Positions 7,537 through 16,938 of a DNA stretch of 37,281 nt are shown piece after piece. The notes beneath the pieces were generated by a model. The model saw nothing but the letters and a program-made list of their open reading frames with translations. It was not told where the DNA came from and did no database searches. The DNA lies in IMG/VR virus record IMGVR_UViG_3300017965_000007, positions 1 to 37,281 of that record; one strand, written 5' to 3'. A program made the translations under genes and the position numbers. This DNA comes from a virus (Duplodnaviria; Caudoviricetes). Positions within the stretch are counted from its first letter, which is position 1; each line of letters starts with the position of its first letter.

Positions 7537-8018
7537 CCGACGACGAGCCCGACAGCGTGCTGTGCGACGTGCACGAGTGGCTCGAGGTGGGCGGCGCCAC
7601 CGACGAGCACACGGCCGAGAAGTACATGCGCTGCGCGGTCTGCGGCGCCGAGTGCATCGTCGAGACGCCGCAGGGTCTGTATGACCCGACCGTGGGCGAG
7701 CCGCCTGACCGTGGAGGCTCTTGGCCGACGAGGAAGATGGGCGTCGTGGGCGAGCCAATCTCTCCCACGCGCAAGGTCACGGACATCCGCAAGGCGCGGG
7801 ACCAGCGCGCGCCCAAGACCAAGGTGTACACGCCCGACAGCGTGCAAGCGCTGATCGGGGTGTGCCCGGGCCCCGAGCAAGAGCCGGGCGAGGTGCCGAC
7901 GCACCTGCTCTTGCGTGCTCCGCCCGGCGACGGGTGCGGCTGGGCCCTGAGCGCGCAACAGGCGCTCGAGCTCGCGACGTGGCTCGCCGCCTGCGCCAGG
8001 AGCGTGACCGGTGCGTAG
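7533..8018 (+). CDS. hypothetical protein with CxxH/CxxC Zn-binding motifs
   Basis: ATGA overlap; CDVHEW...CAVCG. Confidence 0.55.
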   Translation: MTDDEPDSVLCDVHEWLEVGGATDEHTAEKYMRCAVCGAECIVETPQGLYDPTVGEPPDRGGSWPTRKMGVVGEPISPTRKVTDIRKARDQRAPKTKVYTPDSVQALIGVCPGPEQEPGEVPTHLLLRAPPGDGCGWALSAQQALELATWLAACARSVTGA

Positions 8019-8265
8019 CCGTCCGCCAGGCCGTGTACCAGGCAAGCGCAGGCACCTGCGTAAGCAGCTCGAGGCACTGGGCTTCGCCACGGGCGCCGAG
8101 GCGCAGGCGCTGTTTGAGAAGCTCCCCGCAGAGGCCAAGGCGGTCGTGGCGCTGCTGGTGTACGTGGGCAGGTTTCGGGGGCTGCAGGTGGGCGCGCAGA
8201 TGCGCAGGGCGGTGGCGCGAGAGAAGGTCAGGTTGGCGGCGCGCATCGGGGAGGAGCCGCTGTGA
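8011..8265 (+). CDS. hypothetical basic protein
   Basis: AGGAG SD; operon tiling. Confidence 0.55.
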   Translation: MRSRPPGRVPGKRRHLRKQLEALGFATGAEAQALFEKLPAEAKAVVALLVYVGRFRGLQVGAQMRRAVAREKVRLAARIGEEPL

Positions 8266-8474
8266 TGAGCGATGTCGCGCAGGCCATCGCAGATGCCGAG
8301 GCGCGCGGCTACACGGCGGGTCGCAAGGCTGAGCGTGCTGCGGTGGTGGCGTGGCTTAGGGTCACGCCGCGCGTCGGCGGCACACTCGTAAGCATTGCGG
8401 CGTCGCAAGATATCGCGCGGCTCGCCGATGGCATCGAGCGCGGCGAGCACGCCCTTACCGCGGCGGCTGAGTGA
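8265..8474 (+). CDS. hypothetical protein
   Basis: GGAGGAG SD; ERAAVVAWLR...LADGIERGEH small phage protein pattern. Confidence 0.6.
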   Translation: MSDVAQAIADAEARGYTAGRKAERAAVVAWLRVTPRVGGTLVSIAASQDIARLADGIERGEHALTAAAE

Positions 8475-8941
8475 TGCCCAAGACGCGCGCAGCCCTGACC
8501 GAGAGACAGCGCCGATTCGTCGAGCGCTTCCTCGTGCACGGCAACGCGACGCGTGCGGCGAAAGAGGCGGGCTACGCGAGTCCGCACGTCCAGGGGTCGA
8601 CCTTAGCGAAACTTAGCGTCGTGCAAGCAGCAATCAAAGCGGGCCAGTCGAAGGCGACGGGACGCAACGTCATGAGCCGCAGAGAGGGCCTCGAGCACCT
8701 CACGAAGCTGGCCAAGCGCGCGCCGATGCCGAAGGACAAGATCGCGGCGACAGCACTGATCGCCAAGCTCAAGGGCTGGGAGGCGCCGAGGCGTCTCGAG
8801 CACACCGGGGCAGGCGGTAAACCCATCGCGCTGACGGCGGTGCCCGCGACGCGCGAGCAGGCCGTAGACGCGCTCAGGCTCGCCAAGGCGCGCGACGCCG
8901 CGCTCGCCGCCGACCTCAAGAAGCTGGGAGACGAACCATGA
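8474..8941 (+). CDS. terS: terminase small subunit
   Basis: LTERQRRFVERFLVHGNATRAAKEAGYAS is the classic TerS N-terminus; C-terminal LEHTGAGGKPI. Confidence 0.9.
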   Translation: MPKTRAALTERQRRFVERFLVHGNATRAAKEAGYASPHVQGSTLAKLSVVQAAIKAGQSKATGRNVMSRREGLEHLTKLAKRAPMPKDKIAATALIAKLKGWEAPRRLEHTGAGGKPIALTAVPATREQAVDALRLAKARDAALAADLKKLGDEP

Positions 8942-9144
8942 TCTACGAGGTCATCGCCACGCTGCGCATCGCCCGCGACGAGCACAGCCTGTTCACGGGC
9001 GTCATCGACTACGGCGATGGCCCCATCGAGCCGCTCGAGGGCCACACCACGCTCGTGGGCCTCATGGAGGTCGCGGCCAGGCGCATCACGGACGAGCTGC
9101 GCAGCAGGGATGACGAGGAGGCGGGCCGTGGTCGTACGCCCTGA
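8938..9144 (+). CDS. hypothetical protein
   Basis: GGGAG SD; ATGA overlap with terS. Confidence 0.6.
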   Translation: MIYEVIATLRIARDEHSLFTGVIDYGDGPIEPLEGHTTLVGLMEVAARRITDELRSRDDEEAGRGRTP

Positions 9145-9163
9145 CGCCCCGCCCGCGACGCCT

Positions 9164-9730
9164 TTAGTTGCTCGCAGCCAGAACCGCAGCGACAGCTACC
9201 GCCCTGTACCGCCTCTTCGCCCTCTGCTCAGCCTGCGCCTGGGCCTGCCGAGCATCCAGGTCAGCCTTGGACGCCATCCATGCGGTGAAGACGCGCTCGT
9301 TGTGGCTCTCGAGGTAGAGGAGCTCGTAGTCTTGCAAGGTGGAGCAGGCCGCTGGATATCCTCGACAGTGATTGTCGATCCAGCCCCTATCCGCATGCCG
9401 ATACCGCTCTTTGAGTCGAGCTACGAACATCTCGTCAATGCGCGCGTAGCAAGCCTCGGGGTCGTCCGCAGCCTTGCAGTTGGTAGGTCGCAGGACTTCT
9501 CGAACGAAGTCCTGCGAGATCGTTCCGCACCGCTTCTGAAAGCGAACCTTGGCGACCATGCCGGGCTCGTATCCCGTGCCCGACCCCTGCCGCTCGCAGC
9601 TAACCTCCACGAGCTGCGAGCCGTAGTGGCGGATCATGTGCGCTTCCGGGGAGCCGTCGGGGTACTTCGCACCTCGTCCACCGCAACCCACCAACAGCGT
9701 CACCAGGCATCCCAGGATAAATCTTCCCAC
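9164..9730 (-). CDS. Cys-rich lipoprotein moron (possible superinfection-exclusion or lysogenic-conversion protein), 188 aa
   Basis: From GTG 9730: MGRFILGCLVTLLVG|C lipobox; opposite strand; own promoter; atypical codon usage. Confidence 0.65.
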   Translation of the reverse strand: MGRFILGCLVTLLVGCGGRGAKYPDGSPEAHMIRHYGSQLVEVSCERQGSGTGYEPGMVAKVRFQKRCGTISQDFVREVLRPTNCKAADDPEACYARIDEMFVARLKERYRHADRGWIDNHCRGYPAACSTLQDYELLYLESHNERVFTAWMASKADLDARQAQAQAEQRAKRRYRAVAVAAVLAASN

Positions 9731-9736
9731 CTGAGT

Positions 9737-9766
9737 ATTGTCGACCGGCGCTCTCGCACTGGTCAA
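9737..9766 (-). promoter_or_regulatory. moron promoter TTGACC-N18-GACAAT, 6 nt before the GTG (leaderless)
   Basis: Hexamers at 9766-9761 and 9742-9737. Confidence 0.55.
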
Positions 9767-9804
9767 TGTGCGCACGCAACACCACGTCGTGGCATCCTGC
9801 GCCC

Positions 9805-11247
9805 ATGACCGACCTCGACGCCCTCGTCGCCTACGCCGACGCCGTCCTCGGCACCAGCTGGCGGCTCAAAGCCCCCATCCGCGCAAGCATGTTCCCCGAG
9901 CAGCTCGCGCTCTACACGGACCCGGCCCAGTTCAAGGCCTGCCACGCAGGCCGGCGCGCCGGTAAGTCCGACGGCATTCCGAAGTGCGGCGTCATGGACG
10001 CGCTCGACGCCGGGCCGAACGAGGTCGTCATCCTCGGCAGCGAGACGCTCAAGAAGGCGAAGTCGCTGCACTGGCAGAACGTGCACAGCCTGGTCGTGCA
10101 GCACCAGCTGCCGCTCAAGCCCAACGCGCAGGACGCCTACTGGGAGCTGCCGAACGGGGCGCGCCTGCAGTTCTGGGGCGTGGCCGACGTGGGCGCGGTG
10201 GAGCTTCTGCGCGGCTTCAAGATGCGCGGCGCGGCGTTCGATGAGGTGCGCACGTACGCGGCGCTCCTTGGGCGCATGGTCACCGACGTCATCGAGCCTG
10301 CGCTCGGCGACACGGGCGGCAGCCTCACCCTCAACGGCACGCCGTCGCACACACGGGCAGGCGGCTGGTATGAGATCTGCGCCGGCAGCGAGACGCACAA
10401 GTGGAGCGTGCACCACTGGGACGCGCGCCAGAACCCCTTCTTTCGCGAGGGCAAGGGCGGCGCCGAGGCGTGGTTTCAGGGCATCCTCGAGCGCAACGCC
10501 TGGACCTGGGAGAGCGCGACCTTTCAGCGCGAGTACCTCGGCCTGTTCGTCGACGACTCGGACAGCATGGTCGTCGAGTACGTGCCGGCGCGCGACGCCA
10601 TCCTGGCGCTGCCCCCCGGCTACTCGCGCGACTGGCCGCATGTGATCGGCGTCGACTACGGCTTCAACGACGCGTTCGCGCTCACGACGCTGACCATGTC
10701 CCCCTGGGCGCCGGCCGCGCGGTACTTCGTGCACGCTGAGAAGGCCTCGCGCCTGACCTACGACGACGCGGCCGACATGCTCTACCGCGAGGTCGTGCGC
10801 TCGGGCGCCCAATCGGTCGTGTGTGACCCCGCCGGCGGCGGCAAGCCCTTCTACGAGACCTTCAATGCCAAGTACGGCGCCCAGCTCGGGGTCAACGTCC
10901 GCTCGGCCCACAAGGTCGCGGGCAGCATCGTCGAGAGCATCCGCTTCCAGAACACGGAGCTGCGCACAGGAAGGCTCAAGCTGCTCCAGCCCGCAGCCAA
11001 GGCGCTGGCGGACGAGTGGCAGGTGCTCCCCTGGGACGACGAGTGGAAGCAGGCGCCCGACGACGCGTTTTCCCAGGACTGCTTTGACGCGGGGCGATAC
11101 GCGCTCATGGAAACTCTTGCATGGACGCCAAAAAACGTGCCAGCTACACTTTCGGTAGCGGAAAAGCTCGACGCAGAGATACGGGCGCAGCTGGACCTCA
11201 AGGCGCGCGCCCAAGAGCAGCAGCGCACGAAGGGGCGGTGGGGCTGA
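9805..11247 (+). CDS. terL: terminase large subunit
   Basis: Walker A GRRAGKS, Walker B AAFDE, coupling motif GTP, nuclease IGVDYG...VCDPAG...DCFDAGRY. Confidence 0.92.
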   Translation: MTDLDALVAYADAVLGTSWRLKAPIRASMFPEQLALYTDPAQFKACHAGRRAGKSDGIPKCGVMDALDAGPNEVVILGSETLKKAKSLHWQNVHSLVVQHQLPLKPNAQDAYWELPNGARLQFWGVADVGAVELLRGFKMRGAAFDEVRTYAALLGRMVTDVIEPALGDTGGSLTLNGTPSHTRAGGWYEICAGSETHKWSVHHWDARQNPFFREGKGGAEAWFQGILERNAWTWESATFQREYLGLFVDDSDSMVVEYVPARDAILALPPGYSRDWPHVIGVDYGFNDAFALTTLTMSPWAPAARYFVHAEKASRLTYDDAADMLYREVVRSGAQSVVCDPAGGGKPFYETFNAKYGAQLGVNVRSAHKVAGSIVESIRFQNTELRTGRLKLLQPAAKALADEWQVLPWDDEWKQAPDDAFSQDCFDAGRYALMETLAWTPKNVPATLSVAEKLDAEIRAQLDLKARAQEQQRTKGRWG

Positions 11248-11555
11248 TGAGCACTGACGAAACAGCCGTGAGCACGGATGAAGCGGCGAAGGTGCAGTTG
11301 CCGCGCTGGAAGTGCCACAAGGAAGTCTGGGCGGCGAAGATCTTGTCCGTCGAACCTGGGCCTGAGCAGTGCCGGCTCGGCCTGACCGTGCGAGGCGACG
11401 ACTCCGAGGACGGCAGCGTCGTCGTGACCGAGGCCTGGTTCGAGAAGCACGCGCCCGTAGCGGGCGGCTACTTCGTGCAGTACGACGACGGGTACAAGTC
11501 CTACAGCCCCGCGTCGGCCTTCGAGGCGGGCTACACGCGAATCGGCAGCGAGTGA
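11247..11555 (+). CDS. conserved phage hypothetical protein (LPRWKCHKEVWAAKI...GGYFVQYDDGYKSYSPASAFEAGY)
   Basis: TGATG coupling; recognisable widespread small phage domain. Confidence 0.7.
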   Translation: MSTDETAVSTDEAAKVQLPRWKCHKEVWAAKILSVEPGPEQCRLGLTVRGDDSEDGSVVVTEAWFEKHAPVAGGYFVQYDDGYKSYSPASAFEAGYTRIGSE

Positions 11556-11779
11556 CGCCCGCAGGGACAATCCACCGAGTGATCGTCACGAGGGTCATCT
11601 TCGAGGATGCCCGCCGCAACGGCTCGCTCGACCTCCCTGAGCTCGACGCGCTCGTCCAGCTGTCAGACAGCGCCGGCGTGGGCGTGAACAGGGAGAGAGA
11701 CTTGGCCGGCGAGAGGTGGTGCTTCTGGGTCGAGCTCGACCCCTGGCAAGAGGCCGCCTGCCGGGGAGTGCTGCTGTGA
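11552..11779 (+). CDS. hypothetical protein
   Basis: GTGA coupling at both ends. Confidence 0.5.
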   Translation: MTPAGTIHRVIVTRVIFEDARRNGSLDLPELDALVQLSDSAGVGVNRERDLAGERWCFWVELDPWQEAACRGVLL

Positions 11780-12003
11780 CCCCCTCCGCCGCCACCGCCG
11801 ACCTGGTCATCGCCACGTGCGCGAAGCTGCGCGAGCTCGGCGCCGTCTCGTTCAAGGGCTTTGGCTGCGAGGTGCACTTCGCGGCGCCCCAGCCGGTCGA
11901 GCTGCCCAAGCCCGAGCCGAGGGTCGAGGACCCGCGCAAGCTCTCGCCCGAGGCGGAGGAGCTGCGGCAGCGCACCCTGACACTCGCAGGGAGGGCCGGA
12001 TGA
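11776..12003 (+). CDS. hypothetical protein
   Basis: GGGGAG SD; GTGA coupling. Confidence 0.55.
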   Translation: MTPSAATADLVIATCAKLRELGAVSFKGFGCEVHFAAPQPVELPKPEPRVEDPRKLSPEAEELRQRTLTLAGRAG

Positions 12004-12197
12004 TCATCACGGCCAACGACGAGGCGTGGAAGTGGGGCTACGTCGAGGCTCCGGACCTCCACGTCGGCATGTGGCTGCAGATGGTGTCCGGGGAGGACGG
12101 CGCAGTCCTTGGCGTGCGCGAGATCGAGGCGATCGACCGGTGCGGCCCTGAGGGCTGGTGCAAGCTGCACATGGGTCCGAAGCGGGAGGACCCATGA
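12000..12197 (+). CDS. hypothetical protein
   Basis: GGAGG SD; ATGA coupling. Confidence 0.55.
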   Translation: MIITANDEAWKWGYVEAPDLHVGMWLQMVSGEDGAVLGVREIEAIDRCGPEGWCKLHMGPKREDP

Positions 12198-12388
12198 AGT
12201 GCGATCGCCGCTGGTGGAACGATGGGCGCTTCGAGCTGCCTGAGCCGCCGCCGAAGGGCGAGCCGTTCTGTGTACCGCAGACGCCCTACTGGGCCGGCAG
12301 CTTCGAACCTGAGGACGAGCTCCGCTTCGTCGCGTACTGCCCGGGCCGCGGCTACCTGCTCTCCATCCGCTTGCCGGAGTCAGTATGA
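12194..12388 (+). CDS. hypothetical protein
   Basis: GGAGG SD; ATGA coupling to the portal gene. Confidence 0.55.
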   Translation: MKCDRRWWNDGRFELPEPPPKGEPFCVPQTPYWAGSFEPEDELRFVAYCPGRGYLLSIRLPESV

Positions 12389-14283
12389 CCACCCACCAGC
12401 AAGACAGCATCGCGTGGTGGCGCGCGAAAAAGGACGACCGCCACGACACGCTCTGGCGCTGGGTCAACTACTGCCAAAAGCAGCAGAGCGTGCAGCGCAT
12501 GGACACGCGCATCTTCGTGAGCGCCGTGAACAACTTCAATCCCACCGGCAACGACGAGATGGACTACGCCATTCGCTCGGCGTTCCCGTACAAGATCCGC
12601 GACAACATCCTGCAGGCCGGCCGCGACACCGCCGTCAGCATGATCGCGCTCGCCCGCACGGCGCCGCAGTACCTCACCACCGCCGCCGAGTGGCAGACGT
12701 CGCGTAAGGCCGAGCAGCGCTCGCGCGTCTTGCAGTCGCAGTTCTACGACCTGAAGATCTTCGACCACGTGCCCAAGGCGTTCGCGGGCGGCTGCGAGGG
12801 CGGCACGGGCTGGGTCTACGGCGAGGTCGGGCCCGATGGCCTGCCGCGCGTCGGCAGGTGCCTGCACAACGAGGTCGTGTGGGACCCCGAGGACGGGCGC
12901 TATGGTCTGCCGCTCAGGCTCGCCCGCATCTATTTCGTCGACCGCGACGAGCTGATCGCGTCGCACAAGAAGTTCGAGGACAAGATCCTTGGCGCGTCAG
13001 GCCCCACGAACCAGGACTACGCCGACTTCTTTCTCCAGCGCCCCAACCAAGCCAACCGCGTGCGCGTGGTCGAGGCGTGGACCTTGCCCACCGTCGACGG
13101 CGGCAGTGACGGCGCCTACGTCAAGACCATCAGCAACGCGACGATCCTCGACCAGGCGTACACCAAGCGCAGACACCGCATCGTGCGTGTGCTGTTTGCC
13201 GAGCGCGACCAGGGCTTCGGCGGGCAGTCGCTGACCGAGCGCATGCTCCAGGCGCAGCTCAGGCTCACCGAGATCGACGACTACATCGCAGCGAGCCAGC
13301 GCCTCGGCTCGATGTCGAAGTGGTTCACGTTCAGCAACTCCGGCGTCGACGGCGACATGCTCACGAACGTGGCCTGTCAGGTGCTCGAGGTGCGCGAGGG
13401 CAGTACGCCGCCCACGCTCGTGACGTCGTCGGCAACGCCGCCCGACCTCGCCGAGCAGCGCCGCGAGATCAAGCAGGACGCGTACGACGCGCAGGGGTTC
13501 GGCGACAATACGGTCACCGGCGACGTCAACAAGGGCCTCGCGTCGGGCGAAGCCGTGCAGCGCGCCGACGACGTGAAGGTGCGGCGCTTCCTCAACCCGG
13601 CGCGCCTCCTCGAGCGCACGTATCTCGACATCACGCGCCTGCTCGAGGACCTGAACGACGCGTGCTGCGAGCTTGACCCCGAGTACGAGGTCAAGGCGCG
13701 CGCGCGCTCGGGCCGGCGCACGTGGATCAAGACCAGCAAGTGGAAGGACCTGCAGCTGTCCGAGTCGGACGCCAGCGTGCAGATGTTCCCGATCTCGGCG
13801 CAGGCCACGACGGCCGCCAGCAAGTGGGAGCGCGTCGACAACTGGATCGCGCGCGGGTTCGTCTCGAAGCCTCAGGCGATGGACCTGATGGAGTTCCCGG
13901 ACACGGAGGCCTTCGAGGCCCTCGAGAACGCGAACTACGACCTCATCCACGAGCAGATCGACAACATCATCGACGAGGCCGGCCGCGAGGAGATGCTCCT
14001 CCCCATCCCCGAGCAGGACCTCGAGCTCGCCGCGTACACGGTCACCAACGCGCGCCTGGTCTCCTGGCGCCTCGGGGCCCCGGACGACGTGATCGGCCGC
14101 TTTGACGCCTACCTCGGGTACGTGCAGGACCTCCAGGCCAAGGCCCTCGAGGCCCAGCAGCCCCCCGCCGCCGCCGAGCCTGCGCCGGCAGCCCTCGGCG
14201 AGGAGGCGCTCGCCGCGGCCCAGCTGGCGCAACAGGGCGCGCCGCCGCCGCAGATGATGCCTGGCGCCATGGCGCAGGCCTAG
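12385..14283 (+). CDS. portal protein (P22/podovirus-like)
   Basis: 632 aa between terL and scaffold/capsid; GTGWVY, GLASGEAV motif; Gln/Pro/Ala-rich C-terminal tail. Confidence 0.8.
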   Translation: MTTHQQDSIAWWRAKKDDRHDTLWRWVNYCQKQQSVQRMDTRIFVSAVNNFNPTGNDEMDYAIRSAFPYKIRDNILQAGRDTAVSMIALARTAPQYLTTAAEWQTSRKAEQRSRVLQSQFYDLKIFDHVPKAFAGGCEGGTGWVYGEVGPDGLPRVGRCLHNEVVWDPEDGRYGLPLRLARIYFVDRDELIASHKKFEDKILGASGPTNQDYADFFLQRPNQANRVRVVEAWTLPTVDGGSDGAYVKTISNATILDQAYTKRRHRIVRVLFAERDQGFGGQSLTERMLQAQLRLTEIDDYIAASQRLGSMSKWFTFSNSGVDGDMLTNVACQVLEVREGSTPPTLVTSSATPPDLAEQRREIKQDAYDAQGFGDNTVTGDVNKGLASGEAVQRADDVKVRRFLNPARLLERTYLDITRLLEDLNDACCELDPEYEVKARARSGRRTWIKTSKWKDLQLSESDASVQMFPISAQATTAASKWERVDNWIARGFVSKPQAMDLMEFPDTEAFEALENANYDLIHEQIDNIIDEAGREEMLLPIPEQDLELAAYTVTNARLVSWRLGAPDDVIGRFDAYLGYVQDLQAKALEAQQPPAAAEPAPAALGEEALAAAQLAQQGAPPPQMMPGAMAQA

Positions 14284-14293
14284 GAGGCGCTGA

Positions 14294-15256
14294 ATGGCCG
14301 AGACGACCCCCGCAACACCCGCTCCGCCGCCGCCAGCGGCCCCTGAGGCGCCCGCAGCACCCAGCGGCGGCCCATCCCCCACCCCCCAAGGCGTCGACGG
14401 CGCCAAGGCGCAGCTTGAAGCCGCTGGCGGCGACGTTCCGGAGCAGAAGCGGGGGGAGACCGACAAGAACTACGAGCTGCGGCTCTCCAAGCTCACCCGG
14501 GAGAACCGCTTGGCCCGCGAGGAGGCGGTCCGGCTCAAGAGCCAGCTCGAGCCCAAGGACAAGGAATTGGCCTTGCTCCGCGCCGAGCTCGAGAAGGCCA
14601 AAACCAAGCGCCTCACGCGCAAGGAGTACGTCGAGCTGACGAAAACGCTCAGCAGGGACCCCGGCAAGGTGCGGGAGCTGCTCGACGACGACACGCAGGA
14701 GCTCTCGCCGGCCGTGCGTGAGCGCCTGGAGCGCCTGGAGGCGCGGCTGAAAGAAGCCGACGAGCGCGACCAGGGGCAGCGCAACAGCGAGGTGCGCACG
14801 CGGGACATCGGCGTCGTGTCGAAGTACATCGAGAGCGCCGCCGACGAGCTGCCGATGTTCGCGGGCGAGCCCAAGCTCCAGGAGCAGGTCTACGAGGTCT
14901 GGCGTGACCGCTGGGAGACGGCGGGCAGGCCCCCGCCGGGCAATCCCACCCGGCCTGACCTCGGGGAGGTCGCGGCGGAGCTCCACGGCACGCTTGCGAC
15001 CACCATTGTCGAGGCGCTACAGTCCGACCGTACTCGCTCATTTCTGCTCAAGCTGAAGCCTGAGCTGAAAGCCCTTCTCGGGCATCAGGTGGGAGCGAGT
15101 GGCTCGAAGAGTGACGCACAGGGCGCCGCGACTGGAAATGGTTCCAGCGCGTCCCCCTCGTCTGCGCACTCTTCCAAGCCACTCACCGGGGAAGCCGCTC
15201 GCCTCGCGAGAATTGCGGTCCTCGAGGAAGCGCGGAAGGCCTGGCAGTCGGGGTGA
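14294..15256 (+). CDS. capsid scaffolding protein
   Basis: Pro/Ala-rich N-terminus, charged coiled coil, short basic C-terminal helix; directly upstream of the capsid gene. Confidence 0.65.
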   Translation: MAETTPATPAPPPPAAPEAPAAPSGGPSPTPQGVDGAKAQLEAAGGDVPEQKRGETDKNYELRLSKLTRENRLAREEAVRLKSQLEPKDKELALLRAELEKAKTKRLTRKEYVELTKTLSRDPGKVRELLDDDTQELSPAVRERLERLEARLKEADERDQGQRNSEVRTRDIGVVSKYIESAADELPMFAGEPKLQEQVYEVWRDRWETAGRPPPGNPTRPDLGEVAAELHGTLATTIVEALQSDRTRSFLLKLKPELKALLGHQVGASGSKSDAQGAATGNGSSASPSSAHSSKPLTGEAARLARIAVLEEARKAWQSG

Positions 15257-15279
15257 CCTAGTCACTTCGAGGTGGCCCC

Positions 15280-16551
15280 ATGGCTGCTGGTACCAACCAA
15301 GACTTCGCGTTCCTCCAGAAAGTCATCTACGCAGACGGCACCAAGCCCGGCGACGCCCTAGTCCGCGACAAGCCGGCGATGCTCAACACGCCGCACAAGA
15401 AGGACTTCGCGAGCGGCAAGGGGTACGAAATCCCCGCCCCCTACGCGACGCCCCAGGGCGCGTCGGCTGCGATCGCCACGGCCGCGAGCAACGCGAGCCC
15501 GAGCAAGGGCAGCTCGTTCACGGTTCCGCAGACGACCTACTTCGCGCAGATGCGGCTCGAGCATCAGCTCGTGAAAAACGCGATGGAGGCGACCACGAGC
15601 GGCGTGAGCGCCGCGGCCTTCGTCGACCAGATGAAGTACGAGACCGACGGCGTCGAGGAGACCATCGGCGTCGAGATGGAAAAGCAAATTTTCGGCACGG
15701 GCGCGGGCTACCGCGGCGTGATCGGGTCTGTGACCATCGGCGCGGACACGACCATCACGCTGCAGACCATCACCGACTCGGTGCTGTTCGAGGTCGATAT
15801 GTGGGTCGTGCTCGCCACCACGGCGACGGGCGCCATTCGCTCAGGCGGCACCACCAACAAGGCCAAGGTCTCGCGCGTCAACACCAAGACGGGCGTGATC
15901 ACCTTCCTCGCGCAGAACTTCACCACGCTGTTCGGCGCGGCGCTGGTGGGCGACTTCATCTTCCGCGAGGGAGACGCCCAGAACGCAGGCGCAGCCAAGG
16001 TGGGCTTCGGGCTCGCGGACTGGAACCCCCCCACCGACCCGACGGCAACGCTGTTCTGCGGCGTCGACCGCAGCGTGTACCCGAGCCGCCTTGCGGGCGT
16101 GCGCTACGACGGCAAGACGGACAGTTTGCAGACGGTGTGGATCCGCGCGCTCGCGCAGGCGCGCACCGAGGTGGGCCCGGGCTTCAAGAAAGGCACGTTC
16201 TACATCCACCCGCTCTACGGCGCGGCCGTGCGCTCGGAGTACGAGGCCAAGCGCGTCACCGACTTCGAAAAGCAGACGACCTACGAGATGGGCGTCGAAG
16301 CGTTCAAGGTCGACAACATCACCTTCATCGAGGCCGCGCTCTGCCCCTACGGCGTGTCGAAGATGGTGGCAGACGGCGCGTTTGTGCGTGCCTCATGCGG
16401 CGATCAGCCTGACTGGGCGGGCATGGGCAAGGGCGACCAGTTCTGGCTCGACCGCGACACCGGCACCGTCAAGGGGCTGATGTGCAACTACGGAAACCTC
16501 GCCGCCTGGCACGTCAACCAGCTGATGCACGTCGAACTGCCGGCGATCTGA
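15280..16551 (+). CDS. major capsid protein
   Basis: 423 aa with very strong codon bias; EMEKQIFGTGAG, GFGLADW, LFCGVDRS motifs of HK97-fold capsids; synteny. Confidence 0.8.
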   Translation: MAAGTNQDFAFLQKVIYADGTKPGDALVRDKPAMLNTPHKKDFASGKGYEIPAPYATPQGASAAIATAASNASPSKGSSFTVPQTTYFAQMRLEHQLVKNAMEATTSGVSAAAFVDQMKYETDGVEETIGVEMEKQIFGTGAGYRGVIGSVTIGADTTITLQTITDSVLFEVDMWVVLATTATGAIRSGGTTNKAKVSRVNTKTGVITFLAQNFTTLFGAALVGDFIFREGDAQNAGAAKVGFGLADWNPPTDPTATLFCGVDRSVYPSRLAGVRYDGKTDSLQTVWIRALAQARTEVGPGFKKGTFYIHPLYGAAVRSEYEAKRVTDFEKQTTYEMGVEAFKVDNITFIEAALCPYGVSKMVADGAFVRASCGDQPDWAGMGKGDQFWLDRDTGTVKGLMCNYGNLAAWHVNQLMHVELPAI

Positions 16552-16563
16552 AGGGGGCTGACC

Positions 16564-16938
16564 ATGGCGCTCTACGGAGATCCCAACGTATTCAGTCTCG
16601 TCAAGCGCCGCGCTGTCAGCGGCGAAACGGTGATGTTCACGGCGCGGTTCACGACCGCAGGCGCAAGCCAGCCCGTCGTCGACGTCAACAAGACGCGCGG
16701 TCCTACCAAGATCGAGCGTACTGCCACGGGCGTGACCGTCATCACGCTGCCCATGGCGCTGCGCAACGCCATCGTGCTGACCTCGGACGCGGGCGGCACC
16801 ACGGCGCAGGAGAGCGCCGGCGACATGCTCGAGGGCAGCAACGTGGTGATCATCACCACGGTCACCGCGGGCGGCGCCGTCGCGGCCGACTCCACGGGCA
16901 AGGCCATCACGGTCGTCATCATCGGGACGGCGCACTGA
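16564..16938 (+). CDS. putative capsid decoration/cement protein
   Basis: 124 aa, beta-rich (RTATGVTVITLP), immediately after the capsid gene. Confidence 0.5.
   Translation: MALYGDPNVFSLVKRRAVSGETVMFTARFTTAGASQPVVDVNKTRGPTKIERTATGVTVITLPMALRNAIVLTSDAGGTTAQESAGDMLEGSNVVIITTVTAGGAVAADSTGKAITVVIIGTAH

Noticed and set aside
9017-9808. 263-aa plus-strand ORF between the terminase genes (e.g. homing endonuclease)
   Set aside because: No HNH or GIY-YIG motif; the minus-strand frame has a lipobox and its own promoter
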